Notes under the pieces: generated by a model | Told to the model about the DNA's origin: nothing | Seen by the model: the letters and a program-made list of their open reading frames with translations, nothing else | Database searches by the model: none | Shown: in pieces, positions 48,790 through 61,093 of the stretch | How the letters are laid out: every line of letters begins with the position of its first letter | How positions within the stretch are numbered: position 1 is the first letter of the stretch | Position numbers and translations under genes: made by a program | Assembly (NCBI GenBank): GCA_904063045.1 | Contig: CAJFCJ010000005.1 | Span: 3,280,165 to 3,344,164, forward strand | Direction: 5' to 3' | From: Dimorphilus gyrociliatus | Lineage: Eukaryota; Animalia; Annelida | DNA length: 64,000 nucleotides

Positions 48790-49612
48790 ACAACGTGACA
48801 TTAAATGTTTTATATATAGGTGCAGTAAGAAAAAGGAAAAGGACTTTGACACTGTAATTAATTAAGAGGTCAATTTAACCTGTAAAGTCAAACTGTTAGG
48901 TATCGCTGCGTCATACGCGGCGTCACACTCATCTATTGTCTAAATAAAGAAGGTCTTGCGTAGGCGTTACAGCGAATTGATTCTTATATAGTAAATCTCA
49001 ATATAGCATACGAAAAGAGCAAACTTCAACAAACTCGTATCGTTCTAATATCCTGAACTATTTGTTAGTTTCGTTCAGAAAGGATTTAATGAAAATTCTT
49101 TTCAGTCTTTTACGCGGCAGGTCGCCAATTGCGTAAGGCTATCCTACGCTACTTGTAAAAGAGACTTTCGCGTTGAACTTACGTAACTTGTTGGCTATTA
49201 TTCATAACGTTTATCACATCTGGGAGTGCGGGTAAAAAAACGATAGCGAAGCCAAGTAAAACAAAAACAATGTACAGTTATGAAGGAAAAAAAGGGCGTG
49301 CTTTGATAAATATCTGCTGCATGCGCTTAGGTGCAAACAGTTTGTTTGTATGAAGACGTCAAAAGCGGCCAATTTCCTCTCACGTTTCGTGTGGATTAAT
49401 GAAATTGCTAAACGCCGAAAGAGGAGGAGCTAACGGTCAAAATGCTAATGAGCGTTTAATTGTAATTGGCCGCCTTCAGGCGCTCGCGTGTAAATAGTTG
49501 GAACACAAGAGCCTTGGCGCCAGTGTGGTGCTGAATGTGTTCTTTCACAGGTGTTAAGTACTCATCGAGCTAAGATTGCGGCTTTCTTCTTTTATGCAGC
49601 TAGCGAAATGCG

Positions 49613-49627
49613 GGCGCCGCTCTGTCT
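49613..49627 (+). promoter_or_regulatory. BMP-response element GGCGCC-N5-GTCT upstream of noggin
   Basis: GGCGCC GCTCT GTCT with exact 5-bp spacing; a second TGGCGCCA at 49515-49522. Confidence 0.6.
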
Positions 49628-49688
49628 CGGAAAACTTTGAACTGCACGGATTTTGCAGCTCTATCCACCTTGTTTATTATATTTTCGA

Positions 49689-50285
49689 ATGATGGCTGTT
49701 CCCGTCTTCTTTTGCCTCATATTCCTCCTCTTGCCGTTCGTAGTGCGATCTGGAACACCTATTCTCCCTCTACCTGACCTTCTCCAACCGAAAAGGCTGG
49801 ACAAATATCCGTCACCTACCGATTCCGATTTGCATATTCCTTCTCTTCGAAAGAAGTTGGGTGAATACTACGAGCCAGCACTTATGTCGATACAACCCAA
49901 GTTTTCTGTTAGGTGGAAGAAAAGTATGATAGTAGCTCATAGAATCGGAAGTAGATTACGGAGAGCCGTACTGAACATACGAGGTCTAAACGGAAAGAAG
50001 AAACGGAAATTGTTGAAAAGTCTGGCAAGGATTACTCGTTGCCAGTTATACGAACGATGGGAAGATTTGGGCGAACGCTACTGGCCAAGGTGGGTTAAAC
50101 AGACAACTTGCGAACGTACAAGGAAAAAGTCATGTTCTATTCCAACTGGAATGTATTGTACTGACGGAAAGACGGTTTCGTACAAATTATTGTATTGGTA
50201 TTGCGAAACCACAAAAGTTTGCAATTGGGTGAAAATTATTTGGCCCGTTACTACAAAGTGCACATGCGCTTGCTCGAATTATTAG
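49689..50285 (+). CDS. NOG: Noggin (secreted BMP antagonist), intronless
   Basis: Signal peptide MMAVPVFFCLIFLLLPF; LPLPDL...DL..LRKKLGEYYEP; cystine knot CQLYERWEDLGERYWPRWVK..C...SCSIPTGMYC...WYC...C.W...PVTTKCTCAC. Confidence 0.92.
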   Translation: MMAVPVFFCLIFLLLPFVVRSGTPILPLPDLLQPKRLDKYPSPTDSDLHIPSLRKKLGEYYEPALMSIQPKFSVRWKKSMIVAHRIGSRLRRAVLNIRGLNGKKKRKLLKSLARITRCQLYERWEDLGERYWPRWVKQTTCERTRKKSCSIPTGMYCTDGKTVSYKLLYWYCETTKVCNWVKIIWPVTTKCTCACSNY

Positions 50286-50547
50286 ACTACAAAGAAGAAA
50301 AAAAATAAATGAATAGCACGAATTTCAATGTCGTTTTCTGTCAATCGCTTGAAAACTGTACAATATGTATATACCTATTAAAGTACATATATTATTATTG
50401 TCTATGTATACCTTTCTTTACTGTGTTTATATAGATATATACAGTATATATAGATATGTAAATATATATATATATTTTTAAAAACGCATATATTTATGCA
50501 AATAATAAGATATATATATTATATATTTATATATTTACAAAAATACA

Positions 50548-50582
<35 letters not shown>

Positions 50583-50708
50583 GTGCGTGGCATGCGTATA
50601 TACAAATTATAAGAAGCGTTTAATATGGCCTAAATGATTTTCAAAAGCAAGACTTCCTGTACCTTTATACAAACTTTATTTCCAAACATGATATAAGGTA
50701 TATATACA

Positions 50709-50739
<31 letters not shown>

Positions 50740-50922
50740 TTTTTAGATATTTTTATCAAATATATTGAACTACGTCATATGTGAAAGGAACAAGAAAGTA
50801 AACAAAAAAGCAATGAAACCATGCAATTGACGAGTCTTATACTAGCATCATCAAGTAGCCAGTAGCCTGTGAGAACGAGCAACGTTTATTTTATGATCAG
50901 ATAAAGCTTTCTTTCGTCGTCT

Positions 50923-52069
50923 TTACATTTCCCCGCATTCTGATATGATAATCGGAATTTTCGGTTTATTGTTCGGTCCTGTAGGGACATTTTCTATTTT
51001 TCTAAGTACTAATAGTCCTTCTATAACTCTTCCAAAAACAACATGTTTTCCGTCTAAAAATTCACATTGGGTGCAAGTTATGAAAAATTGGCATCCATTC
51101 GTGTCAGGACCGCTGTTTGCCTAAAAGAAAAGGTGTCATTATTCATTGTTCGTCATACTTTTTAGTCAAGCTATTCCCACCATGGAAAGTATCCCCGGGC
51201 CGGAATGTTTTAGCATAAAATTTTCGTCTGAAAAAGCCCCGCTATAAATACTCGCAACTCCGGTTCCGTCATGCTGCAATTAATTTTTGGTTATTCAAGG
51301 TAAATAAGGTATTAGACAGCCACTTACGTTAATATAATCGCCACCTTGAACCATAAAATCCTTAATCACTCTGTGGAACTGGCAATTTTTATAACCCTGG
51401 GGTACTCCGTCTGTTTTTGCAATTAATCGAAAGGATTTAACAACATTTGAATCAAAACAAAGTTTTTTTTTCTAAGGTAGACAAGTTTAAGTTGAACAAA
51501 TAATAACAGAAGCCTTTTTTCAACATTATGAATGTATAATATTGGAATATTAAACTTTAGCTACTGTATATTGCTGACTTATTAAAAAAGATATTTTCCT
51601 CAGCTCTAAAACACTCGATTGTGCGGATAAATGTATCTTTGTAAGTAACTTTAAACATACCTCTTTTGTATTCTCCTGTACATAGTTGTCTAAACAAACA
51701 TCAATTTGTTAAAACTTCATTACAATTAGCTACAAAAGTAATAGTAATAGTTTACCTAAAATTTTCAGCTGTTTTTGGAACCACGTTAGCGAATAATTCA
51801 AACTTTATTCTACCAATGTTCTGTATTATTGATATGAAAAATTTTATTAGATAAAAATTCCAATTTACATCTGTAGTTTATAAAAACGGTATTGTCTAGG
51901 CATTATCGCTCAGCACCGGAAATATTTTCCGCTCTCTTTGTTAAGCAAAAAATCCCAATATTTTCAATAAACTAATGGTTACCGTATTTCCAACACTTAT
52001 ATCTAGAAATACTATTGGATTTTTAGGATCAGGTTTGTCAGTAATTTGAATAGGTTTTTGTCCCTCCAT
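50923..52069 (-). CDS. PPIH: Cyclophilin H (U4/U6 snRNP PPIase), 6 exons (not in ORF track)
   Basis: Spliced [13 protein letters not shown]|[22 protein letters not shown]|[10 protein letters not shown]|[24 protein letters not shown]...GVASIY...[16 protein letters not shown]...[24 protein letters not shown] and the C-terminus are PPIH-specific. Confidence 0.93.
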
Positions 52070-52193
52070 ACGATCTCTTTAAAAACGAATGCTATTCCAA
52101 TATAAATCGGTATCCAAAATAGAATAAACTTCTTTAAATCGAAAATGTTTCACGTTAAATTTTTCACCTTTGAACGTCCTTATTAAGCTGCAT

Positions 52194-52205
52194 TGCGCAT
52201 GCGTA
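52194..52205. promoter_or_regulatory. NRF1-type motif TGCGCATGCGTA in the PPIH/CLK bidirectional promoter
   Basis: One mismatch to the consensus, in the 386-bp gap between divergent start codons. Confidence 0.5.
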
Positions 52206-52455
52206 GAGTGGAGGGTACATGCAGCACATCGTATATTCTTAGGTTCTGCCGCATAGTCTTATTGTTTACTTGTTAGAATTACGTCTAAATGTAAGTTGAA
52301 TTATTTTATCATCATCTTAGACAAGTGAGGATTACTTTCCAGAGTAAAAAAACGCCTACGCTTTTTTTTATTAACCTCCAAGGCCATTAATTGAACGTAC
52401 GTATAAAAAATGTTCGAGAAGCTTTTGCTTATATAAGCTTTTTCTTCTAGAATCA

Positions 52456-54855
52456 ATGCCTTATTCAACACGTCGTCGACGAAGGCGCTCTTCTAGTGAA
52501 GACCGTTATATGAGGAAACGACGGCGATACGAAGATGAAGACAGAGAAAGGGAAAGGGAAAGAGAAAAAGAGAGGGAACGAGACAGAGATAGACATCGAG
52601 ATCGTAGGAGAGACCGGTAACTAATTTCTTTTTATTTCATAATACTTTTAGGCTTAAAATACTTAAATTTGTAAGTTAAATGACTATTATTTTGTAACAA
52701 TCATCTGTAATTAATTAATTGATCGTGATTCACAATTATAGCAGAAATCGAATCAATACTGAATCATCATTTCTCTTACAGATCAAGGAAACACGGTCAT
52801 AGACGGCATTGTCTTCATCATTATAACTCAACAACCAGTGAGTCAAGTTATAGGAAGGTCAGTATTTATTTTTCTTGTTTATAGAAATTCTCACTGCGTT
52901 ACTCTTCGACATGTAAGTAGTCGCTTTTCTGAGTCAGGGCTTAGTTTAAAATCTCATCATCATATGGCTTACTGATGTATGAGTTATTATTTCACCGAAT
53001 AATAGAGGGTGATAGTTACATGATGCTAGACTGAGTATCTTATACATATATTAATATTATATAAAACAGCTCTTAAAATAAATTAAACCTTGACTCAGTT
53101 GAAGTTGGAAAAGCGGTAGGTATTTATAAAAAGATTAGGACTGACGTAGTGAAAATTTTTGCATACAAAAAATTGCTGTCATTCTGCAAAATGCGGCAAA
53201 CGTATGTCTCTGTCCCCATGTATTCGCCTTCGACGAATCACCGAATTTGAATGTGCGAATATTTCAACAATACTGAATTTGAACAAAAATCGTTGGAACC
53301 GAAATAGAGTGAGGATAAGAAAAGAGCCGCCAGTATAGAGGACGACGAGGACGGACATCTGAAATATAATCCAGGAGATAGCATTCAAGCAAGATGTACT
53401 GATCACTTTCGTAAAATCTCGCACGTACAGTATGAGAGTAATAGATGTTTGGCTTATATAAATTTGTAGATAAAACATCATTTATTTACAAAAATATTTT
53501 TGAAATGTAGGGCAGTGATTGAGACTGGCATGAATCTGTAATTAAATTTAGTGATATTTATCTTAACTGGACATTTTCAATAGCTGCACTTTTATAACAG
53601 ATGATATTGTTAAAACACTGGGAGAAGGAACATTTGGAAAAGTTGCAGAGTGTAAAGATAAAAAGTACGGCTTAAATTCAATATGTTTATAAAATACTTA
53701 AATTGTTTCTTTCAGGAACCAGAAGCGTATTGCTTTAAAGATTATTAAGAACGTTGAAAAGTATAGGGAAGCTGCTCGTTTAGAGATCAATGTATTAAGA
53801 TCTATCAGTAATTGGAGGGGTGAGGGAAAAGAGTAAGTTTTAAGAGACATCAGCTGGAACGAAGAAAAATTTAATAAACTATTATTATTTATAGGCTATG
53901 TGTAACAATGCTCGATTGGTTTGATTATCACGGCCATATGTGTATAGCTTTTCAAGTATTAGGACTGAGTGTTTTCGACTTTTTGAAAGAAAACAGCTAT
54001 ACACCTTACCCAATTAGCCAAGTAGCACATATCAGTTATCAATTAAGCGAAGCAGTCGCCTTCTTACATAGAAATAAGTTGACGCATACGGATTTGAAAC
54101 CTGAAAATATTCTCTTTGTTAATAGTAGCTACGACTTAATATTCAACGAAAAAAAGAATAAAACCTGGAAACGAGTTAAAGATTCTACAATTCGTCTTAT
54201 TGATTTTGGATCTGCAACTTTCAACGACGAACATCATAGCACTATTGTATCGACTAGACATTACAGAGCTCCGGAAGTAATATTAGAATTGGGTTGGGCT
54301 CAGCCATGCGATGTATGGAGTATTGGATGTATTATGTTTGAGTTATATACAGGTTATACACTCTTTCAAACGCATGACAATCGAGAGCATTTGGCAATGA
54401 TGGAACGAATATTAGGGTCTATTCCAGTTAAAATGATCCGTAAAACAAAGTAAGTAAACTATTATTCCAACAAGTGAAGCTAAAATTAATTAAATTCTGT
54501 TACATTTAGAAAAACCAGATTTTTTGAAGGCGATAAATTAGTATGGAATGGATCACAATCCAGCGAAAGTTATGTAAGAAATAATTGTAAGCCTATTAAA
54601 GTTAGTATATTTTTATTTCGAGAAAACTCTTTCTAAATAATCCTCTTATTTTATGAACAGCGGCACATGTCAGAGACTTCTCAAGAACATCGACTTCTAT
54701 TTGATATCATTGAAAAAATGTTGAAATTTGAACCCAATCTTAGAATAACACTACAAGTTGCTTTGGGTCATTCTTTTTTCAACACAGTCGCTCCAAAAGA
54801 GAAAAACTGTGTTACTAGAAGTAGATTACAGACATCTCACAGTCTAAGTCGATAA
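52456..54855 (+). CDS. CLK2: CDC-like (LAMMER) kinase, CLK2/Doa-like
   Basis: Arg/Ser- and RE/RD-rich N-terminus, [46 protein letters not shown] and [11 protein letters not shown]. The paralog label is tentative. Confidence 0.94.
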
Positions 54856-55809
54856 CTCTGTTGTAATATAGACGTTTCTTAAAAACATACTTTTCTTTAT
54901 CTTTGTATAGATGTTTTCATAAAAAAGTATTAATACCTTAAACCTGTTAGGAGACAGCGATCAAAATTTTCTCTTACTATATTTTGATTTTGAATATAAT
55001 CATAATCTAGAATTACTTTATTGAAGGCTAAACTTGTGATGTGGTGAAACAAAAGTCTTTTTAATCACATGAGTTACTACTCTCAGTCATCTATGAAAAA
55101 CAATACAAAAAGATGTACTATTATATGTAGTATATGAAAAATTTTATGTTTTTAATGTAAACGCTGTTGAAATTTGTTAAAAGAGATTATAAACATTTTC
55201 CATCCTGAAGATAGGATAAACTATTTTTTTTGGGGAGCTTACGTAAAAATATGCCTCATTAATTTATGGTTTTTGTTGAATTTCATTCGTCTTTTCAACT
55301 TGAATAAAGGACTTTTAATATTTAGTAAAGATGTACACTTTTGTGTATATAAAACTCATTTATTTTTAATCTTGACATTTTTGGCTGCCAAACTGATAAA
55401 GAACAGTACAATTGTGAATATATATTTAATTACTACAGGAGCTATTGTCGGTTGTCACGTTGTATATTTATTAATTATTTATTGCTGATTGTTAGCCTTA
55501 CTTTTTTTTGTTTGATAGCAAAAAGGACAAAAATAATATAATTTTGATAATTATTATCTTACGAATAAATAAGTAATTCTGCATCAGTGACGCATACTAT
55601 CTTATGCAATTGCACGTCGACAACACGCTTGAAATATCGATAAGATCGTCAATTTATCATAAATAAGCTTTTGACATTTTTTTTCAAATTATATCTAAGA
55701 GCAAATTTACAGATAAAGCTTATTTTATGTATTGAATAAATAGTATATAAATTTAATGAAAAAGAATTTATATTAGTATGGAAAAAATAAGTGTCGATAA
55801 CTACATTCT

Positions 55810-58800
55810 TTAAATTCCGAGAATATGAAAACTGACTTCGGATAAGTCAAAAGGTTTATGCACGGTTTTTGCACTTAGTAAAGAGGCCACAAAATTCCTT
55901 GAAGTTGATAATTCTGAAAGCCTTTTAATTTCTTCCTGCCTTTGAATGCGACTCTCTGAGTCAATCAAATCAAACACAGGCAGAGAAGCAGAATGATAAA
56001 GAGGATAAACGTTTTCCATAAATGTGTCGTAAAACATTTTTTTCATAAAGTCGAAATCTTTCTTTTGATTTCGGGATGTTTGCTTAAATTTATTTAACCA
56101 AGCTCTCCTAAGTGTGTCCATCAAATCTGGATCATTTACAGCCAGTGGAAAAGTCACCAGTAGGGGATTATGAATTAGTTCTGAAAAATAGAAATGTCTC
56201 ATTAATCTTAATTGTCTTATCGTTTAATTAATATGTTATCTGATCCTAACTTTTGTAAATAAGACCTATCACAGTTACGCAAGAGTGATCAAACTTTTAT
56301 CGTTAAATTTTTAACTAGATAATAAAATGCTTGAAACTTACCTATTGACTGCACGTCAGAACAATCCCTAATGAGTTGATCACATAACAATTCTCTATAG
56401 AAAGATAGATATGTTATGTAAGTAGTGCTTGCAATACAGGTATCAGGCAATGTACTGAAATGAAAGAGAATATTCTTTTGTGATTTTGCTCATGCAATTG
56501 AAGCTTAAAGGAAACTTACTCTAACAGTTGCTTTTGGTCTTTACTCGGTTGGGTGATTTTAACCGAAAAAACTGGTTGCTTGTTCATTAACGACCTGAAG
56601 ATTCCAGTGTTTGCTATAGGAAATATTTGCAAATTGCAGTTTTGCTATTCATATGTGTAAAGCATGTGGTACGTCTGGTTTATAAACGTGCAAGGGTTTT
56701 TAATTAATAAACTGCATTTTATATAACTAATTCATTCCCTAAACGTATTTAAAAAATATGTTTTTTAAATGTAAAAATGGTATGGGCTTCACTTCATACT
56801 GTTACTCTTACCTACATCACTTTCTGATAAAAAAATTGTAAAAATTATTAGTGAAAATGAAGAATGAAATATATAACAGAAAAGAGGAATATATGATACT
56901 ATTTCAGTATTACAATTTACCTTTTCTGCTTATTTGAGGGTCCACTTCAACTCCTCTTTCATAAATGGTACCACCATTTAGCGTTTTATCATAAACTCTA
57001 AGAAATATTACAATATGTTTTTGTCAAGGCAATTTTTAAATGGAACAACAAACCTGTTAGCCAACGGAACTTTTTCAGTGTCACATAATGGAATAGTTGT
57101 CCAACCACAGGATAATTCCCCTTTTTCTCCGGAACTCTGAAAATGATATATACAATACTTAATCTGTACAAGAGTACTTGTCAGTAAACTAGATTACTTA
57201 CTTGTCTTATGTAACCCACAGAAAGTTCGAACAAAATACCTATGTTTTACAGATAAACAGTCATATAATATTTAGATAATAAAATAAACGAACTGATATT
57301 TTCCGTAAAGTTTGTTCGTAAGAAGACTTCTCCGAAATCTATACATTTCATATTATCAGTCAGCTGCAATTTAGAATATTCATAATTAAAATTTTGTAGA
57401 GAAGTTATTCTATTTACAATTTCCTTTACACTTTTATAAGATTATCGCATACTGCTTTCTAGATGGTTTTGTACTTACTTTTGTATTAAAATTCCAGGTG
57501 CGATTATCTTTGTCAATTGAACCAATTCTTACAGTAAAAATATTGCTAGCAACCTGAGGAATAAAATTAATTTAGTTTATTTACAACAAATAATTCTACT
57601 GGGAATTTACATTTCTCCCATCAAATAGGCAAATTCGAACATGCCGGCTTAGTATATCGACACCTGTGTCAAAATTTGTGATTATCTTTGAGTAATAATT
57701 ATTCTACAAATTGAAAGAGAAGCTCTAGGGATTAGTAGGTAAGAGGCTATTAACTATCCGAAATTTATTTTAGTATTAGCTTTAGACGTTACGATGTGAT
57801 TCTCACCTTCTCCTTTTTTAATAATAAAATTGTCAAATCACAATTAAAATTTATATCAATTTATACAATTAAACAGAATTTCATTACCTTTTCCTGGAGG
57901 AGGAATATTTTTCGCGACTTGTAATTGAATAATGCGCTGGATCGCTACAGGCCTCGTCGTAATCTAATAATCATTATTATAATAATGAAACTTTATATAT
58001 TTCATATATTTTAATGCTACTTACTTTTTCTGTGGTAAGGTCAAAGGCCAAGTCTTTATAAGACAAGGCAGAGTCACTGAGCTTTGGATGCAGGATGGGT
58101 AATAAAGAATATTTTTCTGAATATTTAAAAGAAAATTAATTAATAAATGAAGTACAAGAAAAAGTGTAACAATATTAGCGACTTAATAATCATTATAGAA
58201 TCATTTTGAAAAATAATAGAAAGAGTGAATAACTAGAAACTAATCATAATTAAACCTTTGTGAAAAGAACACTGAGAATAAGTGTGTAGGTAAAAAGCAG
58301 GATCGTGCAACATTGTGCATTTAGATTTCAGTCTGAATTAGAAATTATTATTAGAGTTAATTCCTTAGACATGGAAAAAGATACGGAAAATTATGAGTAA
58401 ACACAAAAAAAGTGTTTTCTAGATAAAGACTACAGAAAAAGAGCACAACAGCGTTTCAGAATGTTCGGAATAAATTTTAGAAGCTTTTAAAATACCACAG
58501 AGAACCACAAATTTACTACATTTGTAGCTTTAATAACCTGAGTTTTGTAATTTAGCTAAGGTACTTGGTCTAAAACCAGCTGGTACGGCTCCAAAAGCGT
58601 GTAGAACATCAGTAACAGATTTCTACAACACGATTATTTATATTATATTTGCACTTTATTATTATTAATGAAGGTATTTAGAGATAAACCTCTTTCAATG
58701 ATGACTGTATCTTATTCCACATGAGTTTGCTGCATTTATGAATAAAATGTTTAGATAACCGAAAAATATAGGTAAAAATATAATAGGTTGCTCAAATATA

Positions 58801-60368
58801 AACCATTTTCAAAAATAAATTGTCTTCAAGGCGTAACAACTCGTCTATAGTATATATAATCTATCATTAATAGGCTTAATAAAAATATAAATCAAATTAA
58901 AATATTCCATGAAATATTTCTCTCTTAATTCAGCTTAAACCTATTATATTTATAGAAAACTACGAAAAACCTGGCGAATTTTAATACACACCCTTTAGGA
59001 GATTTCACAGCTTCTTCTTCAGATTCGTCATCAGCTGCTTGCTGAACGCCTTCATAAATATTGACGTGTTCAAAAAAATTTATTGGAACAAGACCTGTCA
59101 CATTATCACTATTTTCTCCAAGATACCAGCCCTTACCAATGTACCTTACAAGAGTTAATCGTTCACCCTCACTAAATGGTAGGTAGTTTTCTTTTTCTGC
59201 GTCATAATCACTTATCGCTTCAACAACGACTGGCTACAAAATTTTACAACATTTCAGGAAAAGAAGCGCATTAATAAATTAGTTACTTTAAAGTTTTCTA
59301 TTTTGGCTCTCTCATCTTCGTCAATTTCTTCCTCTTCATCATCAGAGCCTGTATAAGTCTCGTATTCGCTACTTCCTTCATCTTCTTCCCCAGTGTCAGT
59401 TTCATATTCACTAGATTCATCCTCGGGAACTGACTTTCCTCGAGGAGCTGGTGTTACTGCTTTATTTTCCTTCGATTCTACCTCAACTTTACTTTTTGTA
59501 TCTTCTTTCTTTGTATCCTTGGAACTAGTATCTTTCTTAGATTGTTCACTTAGCTCTGTCTTTTTATCTGTGCTTTTTTCGTCTTTTTTGGCTATTTGTT
59601 CTGATTCTTTATCATTTTTTTTGCCAGAAGCCACAGCTGCTTTTGGCGGAGCAGATTCTGTTTTGCCAGATGAGGTTGTAGCTCTAATTGGAGCACTTGG
59701 TTTAGATTCTTCTTCCTCAGAATCTGTTTCATATTCCGAATCTGTTTCATACTCACTATCTGTTTCATATTCGCTCTCTGTTTGTCTATAAAGAAACCGA
59801 ATGATAATGTCCTTAAATATTGACTAGAATGGAATAAAATGTAGCTTACTCTTTTTTTTCTTCTTTTGGAAGTTCTTTACCTTCTAATAGTAATTTTCGT
59901 TTGTTTACTTCAGATTTGAAGTTATTAACCCTCTTTACTTCACTTTCTTTTCTCTGATCAAAATCCTCAATTTTTTCTTTTTCATTTTTCTATAAAAGAA
60001 ATCTTTTATGCAAATAAATACGGAAGATATTTTATGTACATACATGCAGTAATTTCTCTACAGTTGTAATATGTTTATCAATTTCTTTAAATATGTTTTC
60101 ACATCTGAAAGTTTTATAATAGACATTGAAAAATGAAACAATTAATTTATTTATTTGAACTGAAAATTTTTAATTTAGTGCAAATTGAGTTATAAATTTA
60201 AGAAAAGATTTACTTTGTTATTAATGATTTAGTTTGCTTTTCATCATGCTTTGTTTTATTATCTTCTAGTCTTTTTTCGCATTGCTCCAAAAGAGCATCA
60301 ACTTTCGATTTTATAGTGTCTCCAGCTCGTTCAGTCTTTTCTAACGGTCCTAAACGTTTGATAGGCAT
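55810..60368 (-). CDS. NPHP1: Nephrocystin-1 (ciliary transition-zone protein)
   Basis: N-terminal coiled coil (PLEK...KSKVDALLEQ), acidic tracts, SH3 (VEAISDYDAEKENYLPFSEGE...GWYLG...GLVPINF, about 59050-59240) and C-terminal LLSAKTVHKPFDLSEVSFHILG as in NPHP1. Confidence 0.88.
59716..59787 (-). repeat. Coding 18-bp tandem repeat encoding (SEYETD)x3 in NPHP1
   Basis: Plus-strand TCTGTTTCATA units recur at 18-bp spacing; translation QTESEYETDSEYETDSEYETDSEEE. Confidence 0.85.
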
Positions 60369-61093
60369 ACTATCCTCTTAATTCATTCAAAATTTGCAGA
60401 TAACAATGTATATATTTTTAAAATATTAATAAGTTATTTATTTTCGATATTTTCGGAATGGAACGCGTTCTGTCTCGTTTCATTCGAAAATCGTTCTAAT
60501 TTAGTCTTTTTTGCAGTATCCACAGTATTCGAAAAAATATCATTCTGCGTTGAATTAGCAATGTCCTTAAAGTAGTTTACAGAATTTCAGAGAGAGGATG
60601 TAAAGTTAATTATTTCATCTTTTCAACAGACAAAAACTGTTTCTATAGACTACTATTTTTATTATTTAAAAGTTTAAGTCACTTAAATTATTATTATTAA
60701 TACTATTTAAAGTTGTACAAGATAGTATGAAATAATATTCATATTATTAATTTAGAATTAAAAAATTGATAAAGACAAATAATTTATCTTTGCAAGGACA
60801 GGCTTAATAGTCTTTAATATTTTAATTTTTGTAAGTTTTACTGAAAATTCTATGAGAACATTATGAGAATAAAAAGTAATGAGTTCTTAACTTTTGCTTT
60901 ATCGAAAGGAATTTAGAGGTAAGCCTACATTTTTAGTAGCGGATATAAGCATGTTGAGTAAATAATGGGAGATGTTGTATACTTTAATGTTTGTGTAAAA
61001 AAATATAGTGCGAACCTACTCTAGGTGTAGTCTCGTATGCCTATTGAACGATAATAAGCACTCATTCATTTTGAACTGCAATTATAAACGAAA

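Noticed and set aside
52885-52912. 28-nt poison micro-exon in CLK intron 2
   Set aside because: The upstream intron would be only 27 nt; reinterpreted as an alternative 5' splice site.
52960-53040. Possible C/D-box snoRNA in the CLK intron (TGATG...CTGA motifs)
   Set aside because: No clean RTGATGA box C with a terminal stem; a covariance-model search would be needed.
53179-53481. Minus-strand 100-aa ORF inside CLK
   Set aside because: Antisense to the CLK exon and introns; no family features or splice support.
59393-59791. Ser-rich plus-strand 132-aa ORF
   Set aside because: Antisense shadow of the acidic NPHP1 exon.
60549-60562. X-box upstream of NPHP1 (GTTGAATTAGCAAT)
   Set aside because: Too many mismatches to the consensus.
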